From Eledone cirrhosa (taxonomy: Eukaryota), in contig OZ024741.1 of the NCBI GenBank assembly GCA_964016885.1, forward strand, positions 414,098,001-414,162,000: a stretch of DNA of 64,000 nt, written 5' to 3'. Positions 1-15,120 of this stretch are shown in pieces. Below the pieces are notes generated by a model, which saw only the letters and a program-made list of their open reading frames with translations, had not been told where the DNA came from and did no database searches. Position 1 is the first letter of the stretch. Every line of letters starts with the position of its first letter. Position numbers and translations under genes: made by a program.

Positions 1-3000
1 TGTATGTCTAGTTATATGTATGTCTAGTTATGTATGTTTAGATATGTGTATGTCTAGTTATGTGTATGTCTAGTTATATGTATGTCTAGTTATATGTATG
101 TCTAGTTATATGTATGTCTAGTTATGTATGTTTAGATATGTGCATGTCTAGTTATATATATGTCTAGTTATATGTATGTCTAGTTATGTGTATGTCTAGT
201 TATGTGTATGTCTAGTGATATGTATGTCTAGTTATGTGTATGTCTAGTTATATGTATGTCTAGTTATGTATGTCTAGATATATATGTCTAGTTATATGTA
301 TGTCTAGTTATGTGTATGTCTTGTTATGTGTATGTCTAGTTATATGTATGTCTAGTTATGTGTATGTCTAGTTATATGTATGTCTAGTTATATGTATGTC
401 TAGTTATTTGTATGTCTAGTTATATGTATGTCTAGTTATATGTATGTCTAGTTATGGGTATGTCTAGTTATATATATGTCTAGTTATGTGTATGTCTAGT
501 TATATGTATGTCTAGTTATATGTATGTCTAGTTGTGTATGTCTAGTTATTTGTATGTCTAGTTATGTATGTCTGGTTATATGTATGTCTGGTTATATGTA
601 TGTCTAGTTATATGTATGTCTAGTTACGTGTATGTCTAGTTATATGTATGTCTAGTTATATGTATGTCTAGTTATATGTATGGCTAGTTATGTATGTCTA
701 GTTATGGGTATGTCTAGTTATGTGTATGTCTAGTTATATGTATGTCTCGTTATGTATGTCTAGTTATGGGTATGTCTAGTTATGTGTGTGTCTAGTTATA
801 TGTATGTCTAGTTATATATATGTCTAGTTATATGTATGTCTAGTTATGTGTGTGTCTAGTTATGTGTGTGTCTAGTTATATGTATGTCTAGTTATGTGTA
901 TGTCTAGTTATATGTATGTCTAGTTATGTGTGTGTCTAGTTATATGTATGTCTAGTTATGTATGACTAGTTATGGGTATGTCTAGTTATGTGTATGTCTA
1001 GTTATATGTATGTCAAGTTATATGTATGTCTAGTTATGTGTATGTCTAGTTATATGTATGTCTAGTTATGTATGTATAGTTATATGTATGCCTAGTTATG
1101 TGTATGTCTAGTTATATGTATGTCTAGTTATGTGTATGTCTAGTTATATGTATGTCTAGTTATGTGTATGTCTAGTTATGTATGTATAGTTATATGTATG
1201 CCTAGTTAAGTGTATGTCTAGTTATATGTATGTCTAGTTATATGTATGTCTAGTTCTGTGTATGTCTAGTTATATGTATGTCTAGTTATGTATGTCTAGT
1301 TATATGGATGTCTAGTTATGTGTATGTCTAGTTATGTGTATGTCTAGTTATGTGTATGTCTTGTTATGTATGTCTAGTTATGTGTATGTCTAGTTATGGG
1401 TATGTCTCGTTATATGTATGTCTAGTTATGTGTGTGTCTAGTTATATGTATGTCTAGTTATATATATGTCTAGTTATATGTATGTCTAGTTATGTGTGTG
1501 TCTAGTTATATGTATGTCTAGTTATATGTATGTCTATTTATGTGTGTGACTAGTTATATGTATGTCTAGTTATGTGTGTGTCTAGTTATATGTATGTCTA
1601 TTTATATGTATGTCTAGTTATGTGTGTGTCTAGTTATATGTATGTCTAGTTTTGTGTATGTCTAGTTATATGTATGTCTAGTTATATGTATGTCTAGTTA
1701 TATGTATGTCTAGTTATATATATGTCTAGTTATGTGTATGTCTAGTTATATGTATGTCTAGTTATATGTATGTCTAGTTATATGTATGTGTAGTTATATG
1801 TATGTCTAATTATGTGTGTGTCTAGTTATATGTATATCTAGTTATATATATGTCTAGTTATGTGTATGTCTAGTTATGTGTATGTCTAGTTATGTGTATG
1901 TCTAGTTATGTGTATGTCTAGTTATGGGTATGTCTAGTTATATGTATGTCTAGTTATATGTATGTCTAGTTATGTGTATGTCTAGTTATATGTATGTCTA
2001 GTTATGTATGTCTAGTTATTTGTGTGTCTAGTTATGTATGTCTAGTTATATGTATGTCTAGTTACGTATGTCTAGTTATGTGTATGTCTAGTTATGTATG
2101 TCTAGTTATGTGTATGTCTAGTTATATGTATGTCTAGTTATATGTATGTCTAGTTATGTATGTCTAGTTATATGTATGTCTAGTTATGTATGTCTAGTTA
2201 TGTGTATGTCTAGTTATATGTATGTCTAGTTATATGTATGTCTAGTTATATGTATGTCTATTTATATGTCTGTCTAGTTATATGTCTGTCTAGTTACATA
2301 TGTCTAGTTATGTGTATGTCTAGTTATGTGTATATCTACTTATATGTATGTCTAGTTATGTATGTCTAGTTATATGTATGTCTAGTTATGTATGTCTAGT
2401 TATATGTATGTCTAGTTATGTATGTCTAGTTATGTGTATTTCTAGTTATATGTATGGGTAGTTATGTGTATGTCTAGTTATGTGTATGTCTAGTTATGTG
2501 TATGTCTAGTTATGTGTATGTCTTGTTATGTATGTCTAGTTATGTGTATGTCTAGTTATATGTATGTCTAGTTATGGGTATGTCTAGTTATATGTATGTC
2601 TAGTTATATGTATGTCTAGTTATATGTATGTCTAGTTATGTATGTCTAGTTATTTGTGTGTCTAGTTATGTATGTCTAGTTATATGTATGTCTAGTTATG
2701 TATGTCTAGTTATGTGTATGTCTAATTATATGTATGGTTAGTTATCTGTATGTCTAGTTTGTGTATGTCTAGTAATGTGTATGTCTAGTAATGTGTATGT
2801 CTTTTTATGTGTATGTCTAGTTATATGTATGTCTAGTTATATGTATGTCTAGTTATATGTCTGTCTAGTTACATATGTATAGTTATGTGTATGTCTAGTT
2901 ATATTTATGTCTAGTTATGTATGTCTAGTTATATGTATGTCTAGTTATGTATGTCTAGTTATGTGTATGTCTAGTTATATGTATGTCTAGTTATATGTAT

Positions 3001-6000
3001 GTCTAGTTATATGTATGTCTATTTATATGTCTGTCTAGTTATATGTCTGTCTAGTTACATATGGCTAGTTATGTGTATGTCTAGTTATGTGTATATCTAC
3101 TTATATGTATGTCTAGTTATGTATGTCTAGTTATATGTATGTCTAGTTATGTGTATGTCTAGTTATATGTATGGGTAGTTATGTGTATGTCTAGTTATGT
3201 GTATGTCTAGTTATGTGTATGTCTTGTTATGTGTATGTCTAGCTATGTGTATGTCTAGTTATGTGTATGTCTAGTTATGTGTATGTCTAGTTATGTGTAT
3301 GTCTTGTTATGTGTATGTCTAGCTATGTGTATGTCTAGTTATGTGTGTGTCTAGTTATATGTATGTCTAGTTATATGTATGTCTAGTTATGTGTGTGTCT
3401 AGTTATATGTATGTCTAGTGAAATGTATGTCTAGTTATGTGTATGTCTAGTTATATGTATGTCTAGTTATGTATGTCTAGTTATATGTATGTCTAGTTAT
3501 ATGTATGTCTAGTGAAATGTATGTCTAGTTATATATATGTCTAGTTATGTGTATGTCTATTTATATGTATGTCTAGTTATGTGTATGTCTAGCTATATGT
3601 ATGTCTAGTTATGGGTATGTCTATTCATATGTATGTCTAATTATGGATGTCTAGTTATGTATCTCTAGTTATGTGTATGTCTATTTATGTATGTCTAGTT
3701 ATATGTATGTCTATTTATGTATGTCTAGTTATATGTATGTCTAGTTATATGTATGTCTAGTTAAATGTATGTCTAGTTATGTGTATGTCTAGTTATATGT
3801 ATGTCTAGTTATATGTATGTCTAGTTATGTATGTCTAGTTATATGTATGTCTAGTTATGTATGTCTAGTTATGTGTATGTCTAGTTATGTCTGTCTAGTT
3901 ATATGTATGTCTAGTTATTTTTATGTCCAGTTATGTCTGTCTAGTTATGTATTTCTAGTTATATGCATGTCTAGTTATGGGTATGTCTCGTTATATGTAT
4001 GTCTATTTATATGTATGGCTAGTTATATGTATGTCTAGTTATATGTATGTCTAGTTATATGTATGGCTAGTTATATGTACGGCTAGTTATATTTATTTCT
4101 AGTTATGTGCATGTCTAGTTATATGTATGTCCAGTTATGTATGTCTAGTTATCTGTATGTCTAGTTATATGTATGTCTATTTGTGTATGTCTAGTTATTT
4201 GTATGTCTAGTTATGTATGTCTAGTTATGTGTATGTCTAGTTATGTATGTCTAGTTATATGTATGTCTAGTTATGTGTATGTCTAGTTATATGTATGGCT
4301 AGTTATATGTATGTATAGTTATATGGATGTCTAGTTATGTATGTCTAGTTATGGGTATGTCTAGTTATATGTATGTCTATTTATATGTATGGCTAGTTAT
4401 ATGTATGTCTAGTTATATGTATGTCTATTTATATGTATGGCTAGTTATATGTATGTCTAGTTATGTGTATGTCTAGTTATATGTATGTCTAGTTATATGT
4501 ATGTCCAGTTATGTATGTCTAGTTATATGCATGTCTATTTGTGTATGTCTAGTTATTTGTATGTCTAGTTATGTATGTCTAGTTATGTGTATGTCTAGTT
4601 ATGTATGTCTAGTTATATGTATGTCTAGTTACGTGTATGTCTAGTTATATGTATGTCTAGTTAAGTATGTCTAGTTATTTGTATGTCTAGTTATGTATGT
4701 CTAGTTATGTATGTCTAGTTATGTGTATTTCTAGTTATATGTATGGGTAGTTATGTGTATGTCTAGTTATGTGTAAGTCTTGTTATGTGTATGTCTAGCT
4801 ATGTGTATGTCTAGTTTTGTGTATGTCTAGTTATATGTATGTCTAGTTATGTGTGTGTCTAGTTATGTGCGTGTCTCGTTATATGTATGACTAGTTAAAT
4901 GTATGTCTAGTTATGTGTATGTCTAGTTATATGTATGTCTAGTTATATGTATGTCTAGTTATATATATGTCTAATTATGTGTATGTCTAGTTATGTGTAT
5001 GTCCAGTTATGTGTATGTCAAGTTATGTGTGTGTCTAGTTATATGTATGTCTAGTTATATGTATGTCTAGTTATGTGTGTGTCTAGTTATATGTATGTCT
5101 AGTTTTGTGTATGTCTAGTTATATGTATGTCTAGTTATATGTATGTCTAGTTATATGTATGTCTGGTTATATGTATGTCTAGTTATGTGTATGTCTAGTT
5201 ATGTGTATGTCTAGTTATATGTATGTCTAGTTATATGTATGTCTAGTTATATGTATGTCTAATTATGTGTGTGTCTAGTTATATGTATATCTAGTTATAT
5301 ATATGTCTAGTTATGTGTATGTCTAGTTATGTGTATGTCCAGTTATGTGTATGTCTTGTTATGTATGTCTAGTTATGTGTATGTCTAGTTATATGTATGT
5401 CTAGTTATATGTATGTCTAGTTATATGTATGTCTAATTATGTGTGTGTCTAGTTATATGTATATCTAGTTATATATATGTCTAGTTATGTGTATGTCTAG
5501 TTATGTGTATGTCCAGTTATGTGTATGTCTTGTTATGTATGTCTAGTTATGTGTATGTCTAGTTATATGTATGTCTAGTTATATGTATGTCTAGTTATAT
5601 GTATGTCTGGTTATATGTATGTCTAGTTATGTGTATGTCTAGTTATGTGTATGTCTAGTTATATGTATGTCTAGTTATATGTATGTCTAGTTATGTGTAT
5701 GTCTAGTTATATGTATGGGTAGTTATGTGTATGTCTAGTTATGTGTATGTCTAGTTATGTGTATGTCTTGTTATGTTTATGTCTAGCTATGTGTATGTCT
5801 AGTTATGTGTATGTCTAGTTATGTGTATGTCTAGTTATATGTATGTCTAGTTATGGGTATGTCTAGTTATATGTATGTCTAGTTATGTATGTCTAGTTAT
5901 TTGTGTGTCTAGTTATGTATGTCTAGTTATATGTATGTCTAGTTATGTATATCTAGTTATGTGTATGTCTAATTATATGTATGGGTAGTTATCTGTATGT

Positions 6001-9000
6001 CTAGTTATGTGTATGTCTAGTAATGTGTATGTCTTGTTATGTGTATGTCTAGTTATATGTATGTCTAGTTATATGTCTGTCTAGTTACATATGTATAGTT
6101 ATGTGTATGTCTAGTTATGTGTATGTCTAGTTATATGTATGTCTCGTTATGTATGTCTAGTTATATGTATGTCTAGTTATGTATGTCTAGTTATGTGTAT
6201 GTCTAGTTATATGTATGTCTAGTGATATGTATGTCTAGTTATATGTATGTCTATTTATATGTCTGTCTAGTTATATGTCTGTCTAGTTACATATGTCTAG
6301 TTTTGTGTATGTCTAGTTATGTGTATATCTACTTATATGTATGTCTAGTTATGTATGTCTAGTTATATGTATGTCTAGTTATGTGTATGTCTAGTTATAT
6401 GTATGGGTAGTTATGTGTATGTCTAGTTATGTGTATGTCTAGTTATGTGTATGTCTTGTTATGTGTATGTCTAGCTATGGTTATGTCTAGTTATGTGTGT
6501 GTCTAGTTATATGTATGTCTAGTTATATGTATGTCTAGTTATGTGTGTGTCTAGTTATATGTATGTCTAGTGAAATGTATGTCTAGTTATGTGTATGACT
6601 AGTTATATGTATGTCTAGTTATGTATGTCTAGTTATATGTATGTCTAGTTATATGTATGTCTAGTAAAATGTATGTCTAGTTATATATTTGTCTAGTTAT
6701 GTGTATGTCTAGTTATGTGTATGTTTAGCTATATGTATGTCTAGTTATGGGTATGTCTATTTATATGTATGTCTAATTATGGATGTCTAGTTATGTATCT
6801 CTAGTTATGTGTATGTCTATTTATGTATGTCTAGTTAGATGTATGTCTATTTATGTATGTCTAGTTATATGTATGTCTAGTTATATGTATGTCTAGTTAA
6901 ATGTATGTCTAGTTATGTGTATGTCTAGTTATATGTATGTCTAGTTATATGTATGTCTCGTTATGTATGTCTAGTTATATGTATGTCTAGTTATGTATGT
7001 CTAGTTATGTGTATGTCTAGTTATGTCTGTCTAGTTATATGTATGTCTAGTTATGTATGTCTAGTTATATGCATGTCTAGTTATGGGTATGTCTCGTTAT
7101 ATGTATGTCTATTTATATGTATGGCTAGTTATATGTATGTCTAGTTATATGTATGTCTAGTTATATGTATGGCTAGTTATATGTATGGCTAGTTATATTT
7201 ATTTCTAGTTATGTGCATGTCTATTTATATGTATGTTCAGTTATGTATGTCTAGTTATCTGTATGTCTAGTTATATGTATGTCTATTTGTGTATGTCTAG
7301 TTATTTATATGTCTAGTTATGTATGTCTAGTTATGTGTATGTCTAGTATGTATGTCTAGTTATATGTATGTCTAGTTATGTGTATGTCTAGTTATATGTA
7401 TGGCTAGTTATATGTATGTATAGTTATACGGATGTCTAGTTATGTATGTCTAGTTATGGGTATGTCTAGTTATATGTATGTCTATTTATATGTATGGCTA
7501 GTTATATGTATGTCCAGTTATGTATGTCTAGTTATGTGTATGACTAGTTATATGTATGTCTAGTTAAGTATGTCTAGTTATTTGTATGTCTAGTTATGTA
7601 TGTCTAGTTATATGTATGTCTAGTTATGTGTGTGTCTAGTTATGTGCGTGTCTAGTTATATGTATGACTAGTTAAATGTATGTCTAGTTATGTGTATGTC
7701 TAGTTATATGTATGACTAGTTATATGTATGTCTAGTTATATATATGTCTAGTTATGTGTATGTCTAGTTATGTTTATGTCCAGTTATGTGTATGTCTAGT
7801 TATGTGTATGTCTAGTTATATGTATGTCTAGTTATATGTATGTCTAGTTATGTGTATGTCTAGTTATGTGTATGTCTAGTTATGTGTATGTCTAGTTACA
7901 TATGTCTAGTTATGTGTATGTCTAGTTATATGTATGTCTAGTTATTTGTATGTCTAGTTATGTGTATGTCTAGTTATGTGTATGTCTAGTTATATGTATG
8001 TCTAGTTATATGTATGTCTAGTTAAATGTATGTCTAGTTATGTGTATGTCTAGTTATATGTCTGTCTAGTTATATGTATGTCTAGTTATATGTATGTCTA
8101 GTTATATGTCTGTCTAGATACATATGTCTAGTTATGTGTATGTCTAGTTATATGTATGTCTAGTTATGTGTATGTCTAGTTATATGTCTGTCTAGTTACA
8201 TATGTCTAGTTATGTGTATGTCTAGTTATATGTATGTCTAGTTATGTGTATGTCTAGTTATGTGTATGTCTAGTTATATGTCTGTCTAGTTACATATGTC
8301 TAGTTATGTGTATGTCTAGTTATATGTATGTCTAGTTATGTGTATGCCTAGTTATATGTATGGCTAGTTATGTGTATGTCTAGTTATATGTATGTCTAGT
8401 TATGTATGTCTAGTTATGTATGTGTAGTTATATGAATGTCTAGTTATATGTATGTCTAGTTATATGTATGTCTAGTTATATGTATGTCTAGTTATGTATG
8501 TCTAGTTATATGTATGTCTAGTTATATGTATGTCTAGTTATGTATGTCTAGTTATATGTATGTCTAGTTATGTGTATGTCTAATTATGTGTTTGTCTATT
8601 TATATGTATGTATAGTTATCTATGTCTAGTTATATGTATGTCTAGTTATGTGTATGTCTAGCTATATGTATGTCTAGTTATATGTATGTCTAGTTATATG
8701 TATGGGTAGTTATCTGTATGTCTAGTTATGTGTATGTCTTGTTATGTGTATGTCTAGTTATATGTATGTCTAGTTATATGTATGTCTAGTTATGTATGTC
8801 TAGTTATGTATGTCTAGTTATATGTAAGTCTAGTTATGGTTATGTCTAGTTATGTGTATGTCTAATTATGTGTATGTCTTGTTATGTGTATGTCTAGTTA
8901 CGTGTATGTCTAGTTATGTGTATGTCTAGTTATATCTATGTCTAGTTAAATGTATGTCTAGTTATGTGTATGTCTAGTTATATGTATGTCTAGTTATGTG

Positions 9001-12000
9001 TATGTCTGTTTATCTGTATGTCTAGTTATATGTATGTCTAGTTATATGTAAGTCTAGTTATGGTTATGTCTAGTTATGTGTATGTCTAATTATGTGTATG
9101 TCTTGTTATGTGTATGTCTAGTTACGTGTATGTCTAGTTATGTGTATGTCTAGTTATATGTATGTCTAGTTATGTGTATGTCTGTTTATCTGTATGTCTA
9201 GTTATCTGTATGTCTAGTTATATGTATGTCTAGTTATGTATGTCTAGTTATATGTATGTCTAGTTATATGTATGTCTAGTTATATGTATATCTAGTTATG
9301 TGTGTGTCTAGTTATGTGTATGTCTAGTTATATGTATGTCTAGTTATGTGTATGTCTAGTTATGTGTATGTCTTGTTATGTGTATGTCTAGTTATGTATG
9401 TCTAGCTATATGTATGTCTAGTTATATGTATGTCTAGTTATATGTATGTCTAGTTATATGTATGTCTAGTTATATGTATGTCTAGTTATACATGTCTAGT
9501 TATGTGTGTGTCTAGTTATATGTATGTCTATTTATATGTATGTCTAGTTATGTATGTCTAGTTATATGTATGTCTAGTTATATGTATGTCTAGTTATATG
9601 TATGTCTAGTTATGTGTATGTCTAGTTATATGTATGTCTAGTTATGTGTATGTCTACTTATATGTATGTCTAGTTATATATATGTCTAGTTATATGTATG
9701 TTTAGTTATATGTATGTCTAGTTATATGTCTGTCTAGTTATATGTATGTCTAGTTATGTGTATGTCTAGTTATATGTATGTGTAGTTATGTGTATGTCTA
9801 GTTATGTGTATGTCTAGTTATGTGTATGTCTAGTTATATGTCTGTCTAGTTATATGTATGTTTAGTTAAATGTATGTCTAGTTATGTGTATGTCTAGTTA
9901 TATGTCTGTCTAGTTATATGTATGTCTAGTTATATGTATGTCTAGTTATGTGTATGTCTAGTTATGTGTATGTCTAGTTATGTGTATGTCTAGTTATATG
10001 TCTGTCTAGTTACATATGTCTAGTTATGTGTATGTCTAGTTATATGTATGTCTAGTTATGTGTATGTCTAGTTATATATGTCTAGTTATATGTATGTCTA
10101 GTTATATGTATGTTTAGTTATGTATGTCTAGTTATTTGTATGTCTAGTTATATGTATGTCTAGTTATGTATGTCTAGTTATATGTATGTCTAGTTATGTG
10201 TATGTCTAATTATGTGTTTGTCTATTTATATGTATGTCTAGTTATCTATGTCTAGTTATATGTATGTCTAGTTATGTGTATGTCTAGTTATATGTATGTC
10301 TAGTTATATGTATGTCGAGTTATCTGTATGTCTATTTATGTGTATGTCTAGTTATGTGTATGTCTTGTTATGTGTATGTCTAGTTATATGTATGTCTAGT
10401 TATATGTATGTCTAGTTATGTATGTCTAGTTATGTATGTCTAGTTATGTATGTCTAGTTATGGTTATGTCTAGTTATGTGTATGTCTAATTATGTGTATG
10501 TCTTGTTACGTGTATGTCTAGTTATGTGTATGTCTAGTTATGTGTGTGTCTAGTTATGTGTATGTCTAGTTATATGTATGTCTAGTTACGTGTATGTCTA
10601 GTTATGTGTATGTCTAGTTATGTGTATGTCTTGTTATGTGTATGTCTAGTTATGTATGTCTAGCTATATGTATGTCTAGTTATATGTATGTCTAGTTATA
10701 TGTATGTCTAGTTATATGTATGTCTAGATATATGTATGTCTAGTTATGTGTATGTCTAGTTATATGTATGTCTAGTTATACATGTCTAGTTATGTGTGTG
10801 TCTAGTTATATGTATGTCTAGTTATATATGTCTAGTTATATGTATGTCTAGTTATATGTATGTCTAGTTATGTATGTCTAGTTATATGTATGTCTAGTTA
10901 TATGTATGTCTAGTTATGTATGTCTAGTTATATGTATGTCTAGTTATGTGTATGTCTAATTATGTGTTTGTCTATTTATATGTATGTCTAGTTATCTATG
11001 TCTAGTTATATGTATGTCTAGTTATGTGTATGTCTAGTTATATGTATGTCTAGTTATATGTATGTCTAGTTATATGTCTGTCTAGTTATATGTCTGTCTA
11101 GTTACATGTATGTCTAGTTATGTGTATGTCTAGTTATATGTATGTCTAGTTATATGTATGTCTAGTTATATGTATGTCTAATTATATGTGTGTCTAGTTA
11201 TATGTCTGTCTAGTTATATGTATGTCTAGTTATGTGTATGTCTAGTTATATGTATGTCTAGTTATGTGTATGTCTAGTTATGTGTATGTCTAGTTATATG
11301 TATGTCTAGTTATATGTCTGTCTAGTTATATGTCTGTCTAGTTATATGTATGTCTAGTTAAATGTATGTCTAGTTAAATGTATGTGTAGTTATGTGTATG
11401 TCTAGTTACATATGTCTAGTTATGTGTATGTCTAGTTATATGTATGTCTAGTTATGTGTATGTCTAGTTATATGTATGTCTAGTTATATGTATGTCTAGT
11501 TATGTATGTCTAGTTATGTATGTCTAGTTATATGTATGTCTAGTTATATGTATGTCTAGTTATGTATGTCTAGTTATATGTATGTCTAGTTATCTGTATG
11601 TCTAGTTATCTGTATGTCTAATTATGTGTATGTCTTGTTATGTGTATGTCTAGTTATGTGTATGTCTAGTTATGTGTATGTCTAGTTAAATGTATATCTA
11701 GTTATGTGTATGTATAGTTAAATGTATGTCTAGTTATGTGTATGTCTGTTTATCTGTATGTCTAGTTATATGTATGTCTTATGTGTATGTCTAGTTATGG
11801 GTATGACTAGTTAAATTTATGTCTAGTTATGTCTAGTTATTTGTATGTCTAGTTACATGTATGTCTAGTTACACATGTCTAGTTATATGTATGTCTATTT
11901 ATATGTATGTCTAGCTATATGTATGTCTAGTTATGTGTGTCTAGTTATATGTATGTCTAGCTATATGTATGTCTAGTTATGTGTATGTCTAGTTATATGT

Positions 12001-15000
12001 ATGTCTAGTTATGTATGTCTAATTATATGTATGTCTAGTTATGTGTATGTCTAGTTATATGTATGTCTAGTTATATGTATGTCTAGTTATGTGTATGTCT
12101 AGTTATATGTATGTCTAGTTATATGTATGTCTAGTTATGTGTTTGTCTATTTATATGTATGTCTAGTTATGTATGTCTAGTTACGTGTATGTCTAGTTAT
12201 ATGTATGTCTAGTTATATGTATGTCTAGTTATATGTATGTCTAGATATGTGTATGTCTATTTATATGTATGTCTAGCTATATGTATGTCTAGTTATGTGT
12301 ATGTCTAGTTATATGTATGTCTAGCTATATGTATGTCTAGTTATGTGTATGTCTAGTTATGTGTATGTCTAGTTATGTGTATGTCTAGTTATGTGTATGT
12401 CTAGTTATGTGTATGTCTAGTTATATGTATGTCTATTTATATGTATGTCTAGTTATGTGTATGTCTAGTTATGTATGTCTAGTTATATGTATGTCTAGTT
12501 ATGTGTATGTCTAGTTATGTGTATGTCTTATTATGTGTATGTCTTGTTATGTGTATGTCTAGTTATATGTATGTCTAGTTATATGTATGTCTAGTTGTAT
12601 GTATGTCTATTTATATGTATGTCTAGTTATGTATGTCTATTTATATGTACGTCTAGTTATGTATGTCTAGTTATATGTATGTCTAGTTGTATGTATGTCT
12701 AGTTATATATATGTCTAGTTATATGTATGTCTAGTTATATGTATGTCTAGTTATGTATGTCTAGATATGTGTATGTCTAGTTATATGTATGTCTAGTTAT
12801 GTATGTCTAGTTATGTATATGTCTAGTTATATATATGTCTAGTTATATGTATGTCTAGTTATATGTATGTCTAGTTATGTGTATGTCTAGTTATATGTAT
12901 GTCTAGTTATATGTATGTCTAGTCATATGTATGTCTAGTTATATGTATGTCTTGTTATGTGTATGTCTAGTTATATGTATGTCTAGTTATATGTATGTCT
13001 AGTTATATGTATGTCTAGTTATATGTATGTCTAGTTATGTGTGTGTCTAGTTATGTATGTCTAGTTATGTATGTCTAGTTATGTGTATGTCTTGTTATGT
13101 GTATGTCTAGCTATATGTATGTCTAGTTATATGTATGTCTAGTCATATGTATGTCTAGTTATATGTATGTCTTGTTATGTTTATGTCTAGTTATATGTAT
13201 GTCTAGTTATATGTATGTCTTGTTATGTGTATGTCTAGCTATATGTATGTCTAGTTATATGTATGTCTAGTCATATGTATGTCTAGTTATATGTATGTCT
13301 TGTTATGTGTATGTCTAGTTATATGTATGTCTAGTTATGTATGTCTAGTTAAGTTTATGTCTAGTTATATGTATGTCTAGTTATATGTATGTCTAGTTAT
13401 ATGTAAGTCTAGTTATATGCATGTATAGTTATGTGTGTGTCTAGTTATGTATGTCTAGTTATGTGTATGTCTAGTTATGTATGTCTTGTTATGTGTATGT
13501 CTAGTTATGTGTATGTCTAGTTATATGTATGTCTAGTTATATGTATGTCTAGTTATATGTATGTCTAGTTATGTATGTCTAGTTATATGTATGTCTATTT
13601 ATGTGTATGTCTTCTTATGTGTATGTCTAGTTATATGTATCTCTAGTTATATGTATGTCTAGTTATGTGTATGTCTAGTTATGTGTATGTCTAGTTATAT
13701 GTATGTCTAGTTATGTGTATGTCTAGTTATATGTATTTCTAGTTACATATGTCTAGTTATGTCTATGTCTAGTTATGTGTATTTGTAGTTATATGTATGT
13801 CTAGTTATGTGTTTGTCTATTTATATGTATGTCTAGTTATATGTATGTCTAGTTATGTGTATGACAAGTTATATATATGTCTAGTAATATATATGTCTAG
13901 TTATATGTATCTCTATTTATGTATGTCTAGTTATGTGTATGGCTAGTTATATGTATGTCTAATTATGTGTATGGCTAGTTATGTGTATGTCTAGCTATAT
14001 GTATGTCTAGTTATATGTATGTCTAGTTATATGTATGTCTAGCTATATTTATGTCTAGTCATGTATGTCTAGTTATGTATGCCTAGTTATATGTATGTCT
14101 AGTTTTATGTATTTTTAGTTATGTATGTTTAGCTATATATATGTCTGGTTATGTGTATGTCCAGTTATGTATGTATAGTTATCTGTATGTCTAGTCATAT
14201 GTATGTCTAGTTTTATGAATTTCTAGCTATATGTATGTCTCGTTATGTATGTCTAGTTATGTGTGTCTAGTTATGTGTATGTCTAGTTATATGTATGTCT
14301 AGTTATGTGTATGTCTAGTTATATGTATGTCTAGTTATGTGTATGTCTAGTTATATGTATGTCTAGTTATGTGTATGTCTAGTTATATGTATGTCTAGTT
14401 ATGTGTATGTCTAGTTATATGTATGTCTAGTGATGTGTATGTCTAGTTATATGTATGTCTAGTTATGTGTATGTCTAGTTATATGTATGTCTAGTTATGT
14501 GTATGTCTAGTTCTATGTATGTCTAGTTATGTATGTCTAGTTATGTATGTCTAGTTAGGTGTATGTCTAGTTATATATATGTCTAGTTATATGTATGTCT
14601 AGTTATATGTATGTCTAGTTAGGTGTATGTCTAGTTATATGTATGTCCAGTTATATGTATGTCTAGTTATATGTATGTCTAGTTATATGTATGTCTAGTT
14701 ATATGTATGTCTAGTTATGTCTATGTCCAGTTATGTCTGTCTAGTTATATGTATGTCTAGTTATGCATGTCTAGTTATGTGTATGTGTAGTTATATGTAT
14801 GTCTAGTTATGTATGTCTAGTTATGTATGTCTAGTTAGGTGTATGTCTAGTTATATGTATGTCTAGTTATGTATGTCTAGTTAGGTGTATGTCTAGTTAT
14901 GTATGTCTAGTTATATGTATGTCTAGTTATGTATGTCTAGTTATATGTATATCTCATCATGTATGGCTAGTTATATGTATGTCTAGTTTTGTATATGTCT

Positions 15001-15050
15001 AGTTATTTATGTCTAGTTATATGTCTATATTATGTGTATGTCTAGATATG
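1..15050. repeat. 16-bp minisatellite array, consensus TATGTCTAGTTAT[A/G]TG, with frequent 14-bp variants (TATGTCTAGTTATG); roughly 950-1000 units, truncated by the window start
   Basis: Directly visible tandem repetition with a CTAG core every 14-16 bp. The + strand is strongly T/G-rich. The array decays into (TG)n at 15049-15060. Confidence 0.99.
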
Positions 15051-15120
15051 TGTGTGTGTGAGTATCCATAATACATCTATGTGTTTGTACGAATATTTAG
15101 TTTTTATTTGGTGTCATTAG

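Noticed and set aside
3817-7144. ORFs 3817..4038 and 6953..7144 (MSSYVCLVIC repeats)
   Set aside because: These are chance open frames from alternating 14+16-bp units. They resemble each other because of the block duplication.
1-15050. Telomeric repeat
   Set aside because: The array is T/G-skewed but lacks TTAGGG or TTAGG units, and it is too heterogeneous for telomerase-templated DNA.
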